Shown here piece by piece: positions 36,963 through 46,185 of a DNA stretch of 64,000 nucleotides. Source of the stretch: a virus. The stretch is taken from positions 126,034 to 190,033 of the IMG/VR virus record IMGVR_UViG_3300021963_009201; one strand, written 5' to 3'. Numbering within the stretch: the first letter of the stretch is position 1; each line of letters starts with the position of its first letter. A program made the translations under genes and the position numbers. A model generated the notes under the pieces. The model was not told where the DNA came from. It made no database searches and worked only from the letters and a program-made list of their open reading frames with translations.

Positions 36963-37667
36963 CTACGCTTGTCCCCAGTATTCACGCATACGTGCATTCT
37001 CCTGGCGATTGAGGCGAGCATTTACGCGCGCTGCCTTGAAATGACGAATGCCGGCACTAACAGCTTGCTTGATCGTCGAGATAGAGAAGACAAGCCCAAG
37101 GGTAAAGCCAATAACGCCTGCCCAGAAGTGAGCAAAATTGGCAGCAAACTCAAGAGTGTTGTACTTTGACCATGCATCCCACATAGCAAAAGGAACCACA
37201 AGGCTCATCATCATGGATGATCCACCAGCAATGACCTGCATAATGGAGAGACCATTGGAGTTCCAGTCATCATGGCTGCGACGATCAAGGACATATAACT
37301 TAACCATGGCAAAGAGACATGCGACAATAAGAGCATATCCAACGCCTGATGCACCACCAATAACCATTGCCTTACCAAAGTTGATGGCAAAGTATCCGAC
37401 AATAAGTTCCTGCACCAACATGATGGTAAGCATCTTGGTACGACCAATGAGCAACTCAACAGCAATGCCTGCTGGAAGGATCATGGCCATGTTCATCCAC
37501 AGGTGACCTGCATCCTTATGGGCGAGCATTGAGGTGAGGATCTTGTGGTTCTCGACGTAAGTCGTGTCAAGGGTAAGGTTCTCCCACGTGTTGGTCGTGT
37601 AGAACAGGACGATGTTGATGATAACGAAGATGATGGTGATGAATGGAAACTGCTTGATGAATTTCAT
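36963..37667 (-). CDS. rhomboid-family intramembrane serine protease (start reassigned to MKFIKQF)
   Basis: H...HL.MN, GASG (catalytic Ser), HFWAG (catalytic His); about six TM helices; GGAGG RBS. Confidence 0.88.
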   Translation of the reverse strand: MKFIKQFPFITIIFVIINIVLFYTTNTWENLTLDTTYVENHKILTSMLAHKDAGHLWMNMAMILPAGIAVELLIGRTKMLTIMLVQELIVGYFAINFGKAMVIGGASGVGYALIVACLFAMVKLYVLDRRSHDDWNSNGLSIMQVIAGGSSMMMSLVVPFAMWDAWSKYNTLEFAANFAHFWAGVIGFTLGLVFSISTIKQAVSAGIRHFKAARVNARLNRQENARMREYWGQA

Positions 37668-38293
37668 TTGTATTGCCTCCAATGTAAGTAGATACCCCAG
37701 GGTGGGGGGTGGGCTCGATATTCGTCTCAAGCACACAACAATATCCAATAGATACCCATAAATTTTTTCTGTATATTTTCACCTAATAGGTTTTATATAT
37801 GTCTATATGAGTTCAGATGTTTTTCTCTAAAAAAGTTCACCCAAAAATATTTTTCTCTCTATTTTTCTCCCTATAGGGTATATAAACATCTATACCTATA
37901 GGACGTGACTGAGAAGCCGGCGAACTAAACACACTCGAAGTCACTCCCCAACACACAAAAGTGCTAAGAAAGTCTAAAAACACACAAGGAAAGTTGAATC
38001 AGTCTCTAATATGTCATAGAATGGCCCGCAGAAAAACAAATAGAGGACAACTAAGACTACAAACAGTCTCTAAACACTCTAAAGGTCAATAGAAGACTCT
38101 AAGAAGACTTAAAGAAGCTCTTCATAATATGCCTACAATCTTTCAGAAAGAAAAAAGACTGTTCATAGACATCCCATCTAGGGGTTAAGGGACCTATTTT
38201 TTCAAAAATGAACTAGAAATACCTTAAAGTAGTTGGCATAAAAGTCTCAGATTAGCAAGTAGATAGAAAAGAAACTCTAAAACAAAGGAAAAC

Positions 38294-38941
38294 ATGTCAA
38301 ATAGCAAAAATACAATCATTTTATGTTCAGATATCTTCAAGATGGGACACTTACCTACCCATTTTGGGTTTCGGTTTGAAAGAAATGGGTTTGATGTACA
38401 GTATTTACCTTACCCTATGGCTAAGAAGGGTATTTCAGTTGAGAAGATAGCTGAAATGAATCTTAATTTTGTTCAAGAACTGCGAGCAAAGTCGAAACAT
38501 AGCGTTTTCATTGGCCATGGCATTGGTGGGAGGATCGGTATGGAGCTTTTGTGTCAAGATCCTTTAGCTTTTGACGCTGTCGTAACAATAGCCACATCCT
38601 ATAAGGCGTCGTCTGCGATCGTCTCTGTGAGCGATATAGGGCCTTTAGAGGGCATTCTGGAAGCATTTTCTCCCCTGTTGTTGGAACTTAGAAAAGACGC
38701 GAATATTCCAGAACAACTCCTTATTCCGTCATTGTCTCTAGCAGCTCAGTTCGATTCGATCCTAGGCAGAGACGCTACAGCCGATATCATTGATGAACAC
38801 ACAACAATTCCATTAACAACACATTCTTCGATCCTGTCTTCAGGTAGAGCATACCTTGAGGTCTTAGGTTGGCTTAATTACGCCGTATTTAGCCCTCACA
38901 GCTTCGGCGGTAAAGACATCGATGATGTTGTAGTCAAGTAA
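38294..38941 (+). CDS. alpha/beta hydrolase-fold protein
   Basis: FIGHGIGG elbow (Gly where Ser is expected), D and H in expected later positions. Confidence 0.6.
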   Translation: MSNSKNTIILCSDIFKMGHLPTHFGFRFERNGFDVQYLPYPMAKKGISVEKIAEMNLNFVQELRAKSKHSVFIGHGIGGRIGMELLCQDPLAFDAVVTIATSYKASSAIVSVSDIGPLEGILEAFSPLLLELRKDANIPEQLLIPSLSLAAQFDSILGRDATADIIDEHTTIPLTTHSSILSSGRAYLEVLGWLNYAVFSPHSFGGKDIDDVVVK

Positions 38942-38964
38942 CTTTCAATCGATTACAGACAAAA

Positions 38965-38998
38965 AGAAAAGCCCCTCCGTAAAAGGTGGGGCTTTCTT
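38965..38998. terminator. bidirectional terminator between convergent genes
   Basis: AGAAAAGCCCC...GGGGCTTTCTT hairpin with A/T tails. Confidence 0.75.
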
Positions 38999-39023
38999 CA
39001 TATATCTTGGGATTTAGTAAAGT

Positions 39024-39353
39024 TTAAATACTGTAGCGGTCACGCGTCACATCAATAATGACATCTTCGACACTAACACCACTCATAGTCGCAACCTCAT
39101 GAAGCATTTTCCACTGTTCTTCTGTAAATATAACAGGCAGGGCATTACCTGACGGTGTAGTCACCCAAACAAAATACACCATAGGATCGGAAGCGGTCTC
39201 GTTCCAGGTACCCAGCTCATCGTCAAGCGTTTTAAAAATATTTTGCGCCGAGAAATCGGTCGAAACTTCCTTCGTGGAAGGAGTTTGACCGACCGGCTTT
39301 ACAAATGGGAGTTGTAAATTTAAAAAAAATAAAACAATGTCGATGAAAAACAT
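39024..39353 (-). CDS. hypothetical protein
   Basis: GAGG RBS; ends at the terminator. Confidence 0.6.
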   Translation of the reverse strand: MFFIDIVLFFLNLQLPFVKPVGQTPSTKEVSTDFSAQNIFKTLDDELGTWNETASDPMVYFVWVTTPSGNALPVIFTEEQWKMLHEVATMSGVSVEDVIIDVTRDRYSI

Positions 39354-39377
39354 AAACTACCTCAAGTGTTCTCTACT

Positions 39378-39482
39378 TCATTTTTTACAGCAGCGACCAC
39401 ACATATAAAACCAGCTAACATGACCAGAAGCAAAACGCCTCAACTCACTGTGAGAAGCTGGTGAACCACAAAAACAATACAT
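39378..39482 (-). CDS. 34-aa Zn-ribbon micro-protein (absent from track)
   Basis: MYCFCGSPASHSELRRFASGHVSWFYMCGRCCKK; TGATG coupling to the upstream stop. Confidence 0.55.
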   Translation of the reverse strand: MYCFCGSPASHSELRRFASGHVSWFYMCGRCCKK

Positions 39483-39655
39483 CAAGCCTCAGGAGCCTTC
39501 TTGGGGCGACCAGGCTTCTTAGCTGTTGACTTTGTGGCAGCTTTCTTAGCTGTCTTTTTCTCAGCCGCAGGAGCCTCAGCCTTAACAGGCTTAGAAGCAG
39601 CAGCTAAAGTCGCTTTTGGATTAGAACCAAAAAGTTTCTTCAATTTATCTAACAT
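39482..39655 (-). CDS. 57-aa Lys/Ala-rich histone-H1-like protein with AT-hook-like PGRP (absent from track)
   Basis: MLDKLKKLFGSNPKATLAAASKPVKAEAPAAEKKTAKKAATKSTAKKPGRPKKAPEA. Confidence 0.7.
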   Translation of the reverse strand: MLDKLKKLFGSNPKATLAAASKPVKAEAPAAEKKTAKKAATKSTAKKPGRPKKAPEA

Positions 39656-39732
39656 TTATTATCCTATCATTTCTATTATGTTACCCTACAAGTCACATTA
39701 GTGACTATATAGAACTTGTTTGACAACTAGTG

Positions 39733-39816
39733 TCACTTCTTTTTCTTAGGTTTCCTCTTCTTCGGCATCGTAACCGTTTGAGGAGGTGAAACTCTTATAA
39801 CTTTCTTTATATTCAT
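39733..39816 (-). CDS. 27-aa basic micro-protein (absent from track)
   Basis: MNIKKVIRVSPPQTVTMPKKRKPKKKK; ATGA coupling. Confidence 0.55.
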   Translation of the reverse strand: MNIKKVIRVSPPQTVTMPKKRKPKKKK

Positions 39817-39926
39817 TTCTTCTTAGGCTTCCTTTTCTTCGTTGGTCGAAAAGACATAGAACCAGAAGGCTGACCATAGCCTACAGAAGCAGATTTACCA
39901 TAACCGGAAGATTTAGACTTTTTCAT
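39813..39926 (-). CDS. 37-aa basic micro-protein (absent from track)
   Basis: MKKSKSSGYGKSASVGYGQPSGSMSFRPTKKRKPKKK; ATGA coupling to the def stop. Confidence 0.55.
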   Translation of the reverse strand: MKKSKSSGYGKSASVGYGQPSGSMSFRPTKKRKPKKK

Positions 39927-40468
39927 CGCTTCTTCTTTGGTTTCGGTTTAGATTTACCAGAACTAACTTTCCTATATTGAGCTAAAGCCATATGTTGCAC
40001 CTCGAAATATTTTAGTTGGTCTTCAGATAGTAAGTCAATTACAAGCTTTCCATTCAAATGGTCAACTTCATGTTGGAAGATTCTACCCAAAAGACCAGAC
40101 GCTTCCATCTCAAAGGTTTCACCATTCTTATCTAAAGCTTCAACCAATATAGTATTGGGTCTTTCGACCGGAAAGTAGAAACCAGGTATCGATAAACAAC
40201 CCTCGTCATAAAGAAACATATCATCTGAGGACTCTTTAATAACTGGATTAATAAAAAATTTGTGACGTCGATTTTCAAGATCAATGTAGCCAAAAATTGG
40301 TAGTTCAAAACCTATCTGGTTGGCGGCTAGGCCAAATCCTTGGCAGAATGGAAGCCTTCTAGAGATTTGCCATATAGCATCTTTGACTGAATCGTCAATA
40401 TTTTCAATATGTGGAACTTCTTTTCGTAAAATATCGTTAGGATATTGAACTATAGGTATTTTTATCAT
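39923..40468 (-). CDS. def: peptide deformylase
   Basis: GLAANQIG, EGCLSIPG and QHEVDHLNG motifs; start reassigned to MIKIP. Confidence 0.95.
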   Translation of the reverse strand: MIKIPIVQYPNDILRKEVPHIENIDDSVKDAIWQISRRLPFCQGFGLAANQIGFELPIFGYIDLENRRHKFFINPVIKESSDDMFLYDEGCLSIPGFYFPVERPNTILVEALDKNGETFEMEASGLLGRIFQHEVDHLNGKLVIDLLSEDQLKYFEVQHMALAQYRKVSSGKSKPKPKKKR

Positions 40469-40907
40469 AGAGACCTTTAAAGTGAGAAATGTTATCGCTA
40501 CAGATTCCATAGAATCCGTTAAGCTTTTGGTCGTTTAATTCTGGAAGTACAGCAACAGATCTATCTAATGGACCTATGCCCGGATAGCACCAAGTATAGC
40601 CCCTCGTAGTCAAGGCGAAGTCGTCAGTTTGGTGCCAAAAGACATTAAGAGTCTGGTACCTAAAAAGGATTTGGAAAGCTTCATGATTTTTGGTGTGTAT
40701 CCAAATTTTACTAGCTCTGTGCATAAGCCAGTCTATAGGGATTCTATGCTGCGGCTCATCATGACCAAGGTACATTTTTCCTTTAGTAGACCATACATCT
40801 ACTTCCGCATCATAGCCAAGATCTATGGCCGCATCGATGTAATCAGGGGCATTTTCCATCTCTAGACTATATCCGTCAATGTTGCCCCTGTGAGCTATAA
40901 ATTTCAT
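40437..40907 (-). CDS. glycerophosphodiester phosphodiesterase-like (PLC-like TIM barrel) protein
   Basis: IAHRGN, G.D.EVDVW and LGHD motifs. Confidence 0.75.
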   Translation of the reverse strand: MKFIAHRGNIDGYSLEMENAPDYIDAAIDLGYDAEVDVWSTKGKMYLGHDEPQHRIPIDWLMHRASKIWIHTKNHEAFQILFRYQTLNVFWHQTDDFALTTRGYTWCYPGIGPLDRSVAVLPELNDQKLNGFYGICSDNISHFKGLYDKNTYSSIS

Positions 40908-41575
40908 TAGAAATCAACATCCCTTATTCTGTAAGATAAATCATCCACGTTTTTTACTTTTATATTTTTTGATTTTAAATATTTATCTAAAATCTCTTCC
41001 GCGTTTAAACTGGTATTGATAATTGATTCGGTATAAAAGTTTTCATCGGGTACACATTGAACCATAACTTCTGGCTTACCATAAAAAAACACATCACTAA
41101 AAAATCCATTTGTTGGAGATAGTTTACCATAAAGGGTATTTTCTTCACAATATATCTTTTCTGGCAAAGAAAGTTCCTGTAGATCAAATCTAGTCCTGAA
41201 CAATACATCATAATTAGTGTATGACTCTACTGCTAAGTTAATTGATCTTTTTATTTTCTTAAACATTAACAGAGTGTTAAGAGCGTTTACGTTGTGTGCT
41301 GTTGGCATTGCAAAATCGAAGTGATTTAAATAATCGTAGTCAGACCTTTTTTCTATATCGAGAACAGACGGATGGTAAAGAGTCATCAATCCTTCTTGAT
41401 TTATGCCATATCCATCATCATCTTTACTGCCTGACCAAAAAGTTGTATTGTTACCAGAACTAGTCCAGGTTGAAATATAAAATCTGCAGGACAAATCTTC
41501 TAACTGTTTGGTGGCAGGGGACATCACCTTATCGTAAGCCCGTGTATGCCCAGCAAAGCAGGCTGCGTACATCAA
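40907..41575 (-). CDS. putative glycosyltransferase-like protein
   Basis: CFAGHTR, YDVLFRTRFD and SDVFFYG motifs; sits in the sugar cluster. Confidence 0.55.
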   Translation of the reverse strand: MMYAACFAGHTRAYDKVMSPATKQLEDLSCRFYISTWTSSGNNTTFWSGSKDDDGYGINQEGLMTLYHPSVLDIEKRSDYDYLNHFDFAMPTAHNVNALNTLLMFKKIKRSINLAVESYTNYDVLFRTRFDLQELSLPEKIYCEENTLYGKLSPTNGFFSDVFFYGKPEVMVQCVPDENFYTESIINTSLNAEEILDKYLKSKNIKVKNVDDLSYRIRDVDF

Positions 41576-42357
41576 TCTTCAACTTTCGCAACAAATGCGT
41601 GAAGCATATTATACCAACACCGTTCGTATTGCTCTGGGTATTTTTCCCTGAATGAATCTGGATATTTGAGCGTGTCAAAAAATATATCATTATTTTCAAG
41701 GACTAAACAATAGTCGTTTCTTTGCCAATTACTTTCCCAGCGGTCTTTTGCTCTTTTCATGACTTGATCGTAGGACCTGTAAGTGTACTGCTTGTGCACG
41801 AAGTCAGTGTGTACAGCATGTGAAAGCGAGTTGTGCGGAATTACGGATCCGTGACCCTTTCCGTACTGGAAATCCTTATCAAACTTGAAATATCGATATT
41901 CAGTCCATCCCGGTGCCATATACCACTTAGAAAGTTTTTCTATTGAGTCGCCAGGTCGGAAGTTCCAACTATCTCTTTGTGAAGAGTGCAAAAAGAAATG
42001 CTGGTTCACGATAGCAACAGAAGAAGCGTTGGGATTTTGCGATAGCATTTCTAAAGGATTGCTATCAGGGAACTCGTCTGGATGTAAAACACCCACCCAT
42101 TCTTTTCCTGTTACTGATGCTTTAATTTTATCCCACAAAAATCCGCGTATGGAATCATTTGCGTGACCGGAAATAACATTTTTATCTTTCTCATAAAACA
42201 CGACTTCATCATATTTGGAGCAGATCTCACCGCCAATATCATCTTCTGAGCCATCTAAGACGAATATCTGATCATAAAACTCGGTAATCCTAGTTAAGTA
42301 TTCATCGAGTATATCGTTCTCGTCTCTCATCACCAAGAGCCCAACTTGTTTGTTCAT
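41572..42357 (-). CDS. GT-A fold (GT2-like) glycosyltransferase
   Basis: MRDENDIL...VLDGSED...LHPDEF. Confidence 0.7.
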   Translation of the reverse strand: MNKQVGLLVMRDENDILDEYLTRITEFYDQIFVLDGSEDDIGGEICSKYDEVVFYEKDKNVISGHANDSIRGFLWDKIKASVTGKEWVGVLHPDEFPDSNPLEMLSQNPNASSVAIVNQHFFLHSSQRDSWNFRPGDSIEKLSKWYMAPGWTEYRYFKFDKDFQYGKGHGSVIPHNSLSHAVHTDFVHKQYTYRSYDQVMKRAKDRWESNWQRNDYCLVLENNDIFFDTLKYPDSFREKYPEQYERCWYNMLHAFVAKVED

Positions 42358-42379
42358 AGTTACCTTACTACGTCCTTAG

Positions 42380-43750
42380 TCACTTGTAATTTGCCAAAAA
42401 ATAATTTAGGTCTTCTGGCGTACCAATCCCCCACATACCTCTAATGTTGAATGTCTTGATTTTTTTTCCATCTTCAATAGCCTGATTGAATACTGGACAG
42501 ACATAATATTCATTATTGACCCTAATATCTTTTTCTATCATACGCTCTGCGTACTTGACGAAATCCGAACCGTGTTTCCAATAATAGAATCCAACTGTGG
42601 CAATATTGGAGATTGGATTTTTTTCAGCAACTTCGGTAACAAAACCGTTTTCATCTATTTTAGCAAACGACCACTTAGGGTGTGTTGACTCAAACGTAAC
42701 TATCCCACCATCAACGTCAGATTCTTGCATATGGTACAGAAACTCATTTGAATTCCATTCTACAAATTGGTCAGAGTTAGCAAAGAACAATGGGTTATCA
42801 TTATCTATAAACTCCTTTGAAAGTAAGGCAGTGCAAGCAGCTCCCTCGGTCATTCCGTCAACTTCTACTATTTTACAATTCGGCGCGATCATGTTAAGGA
42901 GCGTATCAAGATTATACTTTTTCCTATGTGATTCCTGGACTATAAAAATGTAATTAGCATCTATGTTAAGGTTTTCGGTGACAACCTGAATCATTGGTTT
43001 GCCGTTTACATCTATAAGAGGCTTAGGAAATGTGTATCCAGCTTTCTCGAATCTACTTCCTGCCCCAGCCATTGGTATTACTACATTCATTTTTTTATCT
43101 ACCCACTTAAAGTTGTTTTTCTTATCTGAATCAGAAAACCTATCAATAGCATCTGCTAAGTTTTTTGATGTTACATCTTTTGGTGCTCTAACCCTCAATA
43201 CATTTGAGCCACTTCTTTTTGCGGCTAGTAAACCATACGGTGAATCTTCAACTATTAGAGTCTCTTCTGCTAGGAAGCCAAGTTTAGATATAGCCTTCCA
43301 ATATATTTCTGGATGAGGTTTTGAATTGTTAACATCTTCATTTGAAAGTATAAGGTCGAAAAAGTCAATAATATTTAATCTAGCAAGTACTGTAAAAACA
43401 GTTTTCCTAATAGAGTTAGAACAACATGCAATCCTGTAGCCAGCTTTCGACAAATCAGCTATACATTCATATATAATTTGATTAGGGACTAGAGTGTTTA
43501 GTAGATCTATTGTTATATCCTGCTTTATGTCCCATACCAACTCGTGTGCACTTACGGGCAATCCCTTATCTGCAGATAGCATATCAAGTTTACTATTTGT
43601 TTTTAAACCATCGTATTTGCTTAAGTGCTCGGCCCAACTAATCGTGTATTGATCCCCAACACTTTGAAGCGCCTTATTTAGCGCATCGAAGTGTATTTTT
43701 TTAGCTTCGACAAGAACACCATCTAGATCAAAAATTATTAATTTAATCAT
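42380..43750 (-). CDS. HAD-family phosphatase fused to a sugar-phosphate nucleotidyltransferase
   Basis: FDLDGVL, SKPHPEIY and EDS (HAD); PMAGAGSRF...PKPLI and GTPEDL (NTP transferase). Confidence 0.9.
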   Translation of the reverse strand: MIKLIIFDLDGVLVEAKKIHFDALNKALQSVGDQYTISWAEHLSKYDGLKTNSKLDMLSADKGLPVSAHELVWDIKQDITIDLLNTLVPNQIIYECIADLSKAGYRIACCSNSIRKTVFTVLARLNIIDFFDLILSNEDVNNSKPHPEIYWKAISKLGFLAEETLIVEDSPYGLLAAKRSGSNVLRVRAPKDVTSKNLADAIDRFSDSDKKNNFKWVDKKMNVVIPMAGAGSRFEKAGYTFPKPLIDVNGKPMIQVVTENLNIDANYIFIVQESHRKKYNLDTLLNMIAPNCKIVEVDGMTEGAACTALLSKEFIDNDNPLFFANSDQFVEWNSNEFLYHMQESDVDGGIVTFESTHPKWSFAKIDENGFVTEVAEKNPISNIATVGFYYWKHGSDFVKYAERMIEKDIRVNNEYYVCPVFNQAIEDGKKIKTFNIRGMWGIGTPEDLNYFLANYK

Positions 43751-44463
43751 TAATTCCTCAATAAGTGAACTTTTCTGACATTTGTTTCATCGTAGCTGTC
43801 ATAGATTTCTCCGCCATAACCTTGAAATGAATTTTCGACATTATACCCCAACTTGCCTAGAACGATCCCACATATTCTTTCCGTAGCGCATGAATGATTT
43901 TTTGTTGTTGGGAGTATGTTAAAGATTCCTGTATTATGCAAGTTATCCATAACCTCTCTCTTGCACATAAACATCGGACCAAAAATACCCTTATATTCAC
44001 TGGGCACTCCGTACCCCAAATGTTCAATCATTTGCTCATTTGCCCACTCGCATATGTTTCTACCATCGGTATCCCAACCCATTTCGACCGGAGGGTAAGA
44101 CCACCATCTAATCGTGCGTATATCTTCTATTTCTACAAATGAAATATCATTCTCAATAATTAAAGAATCATGAATGTTATAAAAAAATTTTTCGTTAGGA
44201 AATTCTCTATAGGCAATCCTGTAAGCCTCCATGGCAAAGAAGCGATTATCCGCATCAAGGATGTGTATAAAGCTGTCTAAGTCATTAAAGTAGCCCTTAT
44301 CTTCCGATGCACTATCAACAACGCAAATAGCGGCATTAGGGAGATGCCGCTTAATTGATTCTACACATTCAAATATTATCGGTCGATTTTTATCGAACTT
44401 ACAGGCAATAACAAACATGAGCCTACTTCCAATTAAAGCCAATCCTCCCATGTTTCTCCACAC
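43750..44463 (-). CDS. putative GT-A fold glycosyltransferase
   Basis: CVESI...ICVVDSAS, IHDS and ERI.G motifs. Confidence 0.6.
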   Translation of the reverse strand: MWRNMGGLALIGSRLMFVIACKFDKNRPIIFECVESIKRHLPNAAICVVDSASEDKGYFNDLDSFIHILDADNRFFAMEAYRIAYREFPNEKFFYNIHDSLIIENDISFVEIEDIRTIRWWSYPPVEMGWDTDGRNICEWANEQMIEHLGYGVPSEYKGIFGPMFMCKREVMDNLHNTGIFNILPTTKNHSCATERICGIVLGKLGYNVENSFQGYGGEIYDSYDETNVRKVHLLRN

Positions 44464-44568
44464 TCAAGGCAGGACACTTCTATTTCTGGTAAAGATGAAT
44501 CATTTTCATCTCCAATCCAAATTATATCCAACTTAAGGGAGTAACATGTGGGGCATGCTTCGTTATAT

Positions 44569-45570
44569 TTAAAGGTTTTTTCTTCTGACATTGTGAATCT
44601 CTTGCGTTATTTCGTCAAGTAAGTCTAAATCGCTCGCCAAAGCTGCAATCGTAGAATTTCTGCCCTGCTCTTTTAAATCTTCTTTATAAGAGTACCAAGC
44701 GCCACTCTTATTTAGGACCCCGAGCTCAACAGCGATATCTACTATGCATCCTACCTTGTCTATACCCCGTCCGTAAATAATATCGAACTCACACTTCTTC
44801 AGGGCTGGAGCCATCTTATTCTTAGGCACTTTCACTACAGCTCTAATACCTAAGACTTCTCCAGTCTTTGTATCTTTTATGTCTTCTTTTCTTCTCATGT
44901 CAATTCTTACAGAAGAGTAGAAACGCAGAGCCCTCCCACCTGGGGTGGTTTCCGGGTTTCCAAACATAATTCCTATTTTTTCTCTTAACTGATTAGTAAA
45001 GATGACTAGAGTTTTTGTTTCGTTTGCGGCCGCTACAATCCTAGATATACCACGGGACATCATTCTTGGTAAAAGGCCCATATGGTTGTCTTCCATAGTT
45101 CCTTCTATCTCCGCCTTCGGAGTTAAGGCCGCGACAGAGTCAACAACTATAACCCCTAATTCTCCGGTCCTAATCAGGGTTGTCAAAACGTCTAAGGCTT
45201 GTTCGCCATAGTCTGGTTGGGAAAAGATTAAGTTATCCATATTTACGCCAAGCTGACCGGCATAAACTGGGTCTATTGAATGCTCAGCATCTATGAACGC
45301 ACACAACTTCCCCATCTTTTGTGCTTCTGCAACAACAGACAGGCATAGGGTAGACTTACCGGACGATTCCGGGCCAAAAACTTCGACTATGCGACCTTCT
45401 GGTAAACCACCAATTCCAAGAGAAATGTCAAGCGGCAAAGCGCCAGTTGAAATAGCTGGCCATGGTTTGATATTGTTGCTACCAATCCTCATTACAGTGT
45501 TATCGCCAAATTGCTTATCTAACTGAGCGATTGCTAACTGAACTGCTTTAGGTAAATCGTTGTCTTCCAT
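44569..45570 (-). CDS. recA: RecA recombinase
   Basis: GPESSGKST, DAEHSID, VVDSVAAL, NQLREKIG and GGRALRFYSSVR. Confidence 0.97.
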   Translation of the reverse strand: MEDNDLPKAVQLAIAQLDKQFGDNTVMRIGSNNIKPWPAISTGALPLDISLGIGGLPEGRIVEVFGPESSGKSTLCLSVVAEAQKMGKLCAFIDAEHSIDPVYAGQLGVNMDNLIFSQPDYGEQALDVLTTLIRTGELGVIVVDSVAALTPKAEIEGTMEDNHMGLLPRMMSRGISRIVAAANETKTLVIFTNQLREKIGIMFGNPETTPGGRALRFYSSVRIDMRRKEDIKDTKTGEVLGIRAVVKVPKNKMAPALKKCEFDIIYGRGIDKVGCIVDIAVELGVLNKSGAWYSYKEDLKEQGRNSTIAALASDLDLLDEITQEIHNVRRKNL

Positions 45571-46185
45571 AATCCTTACTTTGTTAAAATAGGTAACTAC
45601 ATTCTACCTTGTTCGGACTTGACTTCTCTAATTTTAAGGTCTGTTCTTTCTAAGACAAACTCCAGTTCCGATCTGTATTCCTTGTCTTCTTGTCCTAGAA
45701 TCTCTTTTTTTAGTCTGTCTCGAAATTTGTATAATTCTTTTAATGTGGGTTGTTTCTTCTTGGTATTCATGTGCTACACTATAGTCACATTGAGTATGTT
45801 GATTCAACTTTATTGGAGATTTTGTGGACATTTCATTTGAAAGAGCAGTTTTTCTTTTAGAAGAACAAATTAACGATCCATCATACTTGGTGACTTTGTG
45901 GAAGTTTAGTGGCAGGTGTCATGAAAGTGTACCTTACCCAGAAAAGTGCAGCCCCTGGTATGCAGGGTTGGAATCGATTATAATTAATAATTAATATTAC
46001 CTACAACTTTAGATGTCGTAAAAGTGGGATTAGCGCCAGAACGGTAGGATCTGGTTGAGGAAACCTCAGGATGAAGCTGAAGTGACGTTCAGACGAAGGC
46101 GCTCGCATAATGTAGACCCTAGAGATATGATATTTTTGACAAGTTTTAACTACTTGTCTACCTCAGTGCTATACAAAAATATTTT

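Noticed and set aside
22520-37990. Inverted short matches (CCCAACACAC, AAAACACACAA) flanking the GC-rich block as terminal inverted repeats of a mobile element
   Set aside because: Only 10-11 nt, low complexity, different spacing on each side; no integrase or transposase
46020-46130. RNase P or SRP RNA
   Set aside because: GAGGAAA is present but the GAGGAAAGUCC context and SRP helix-8 motif are missing
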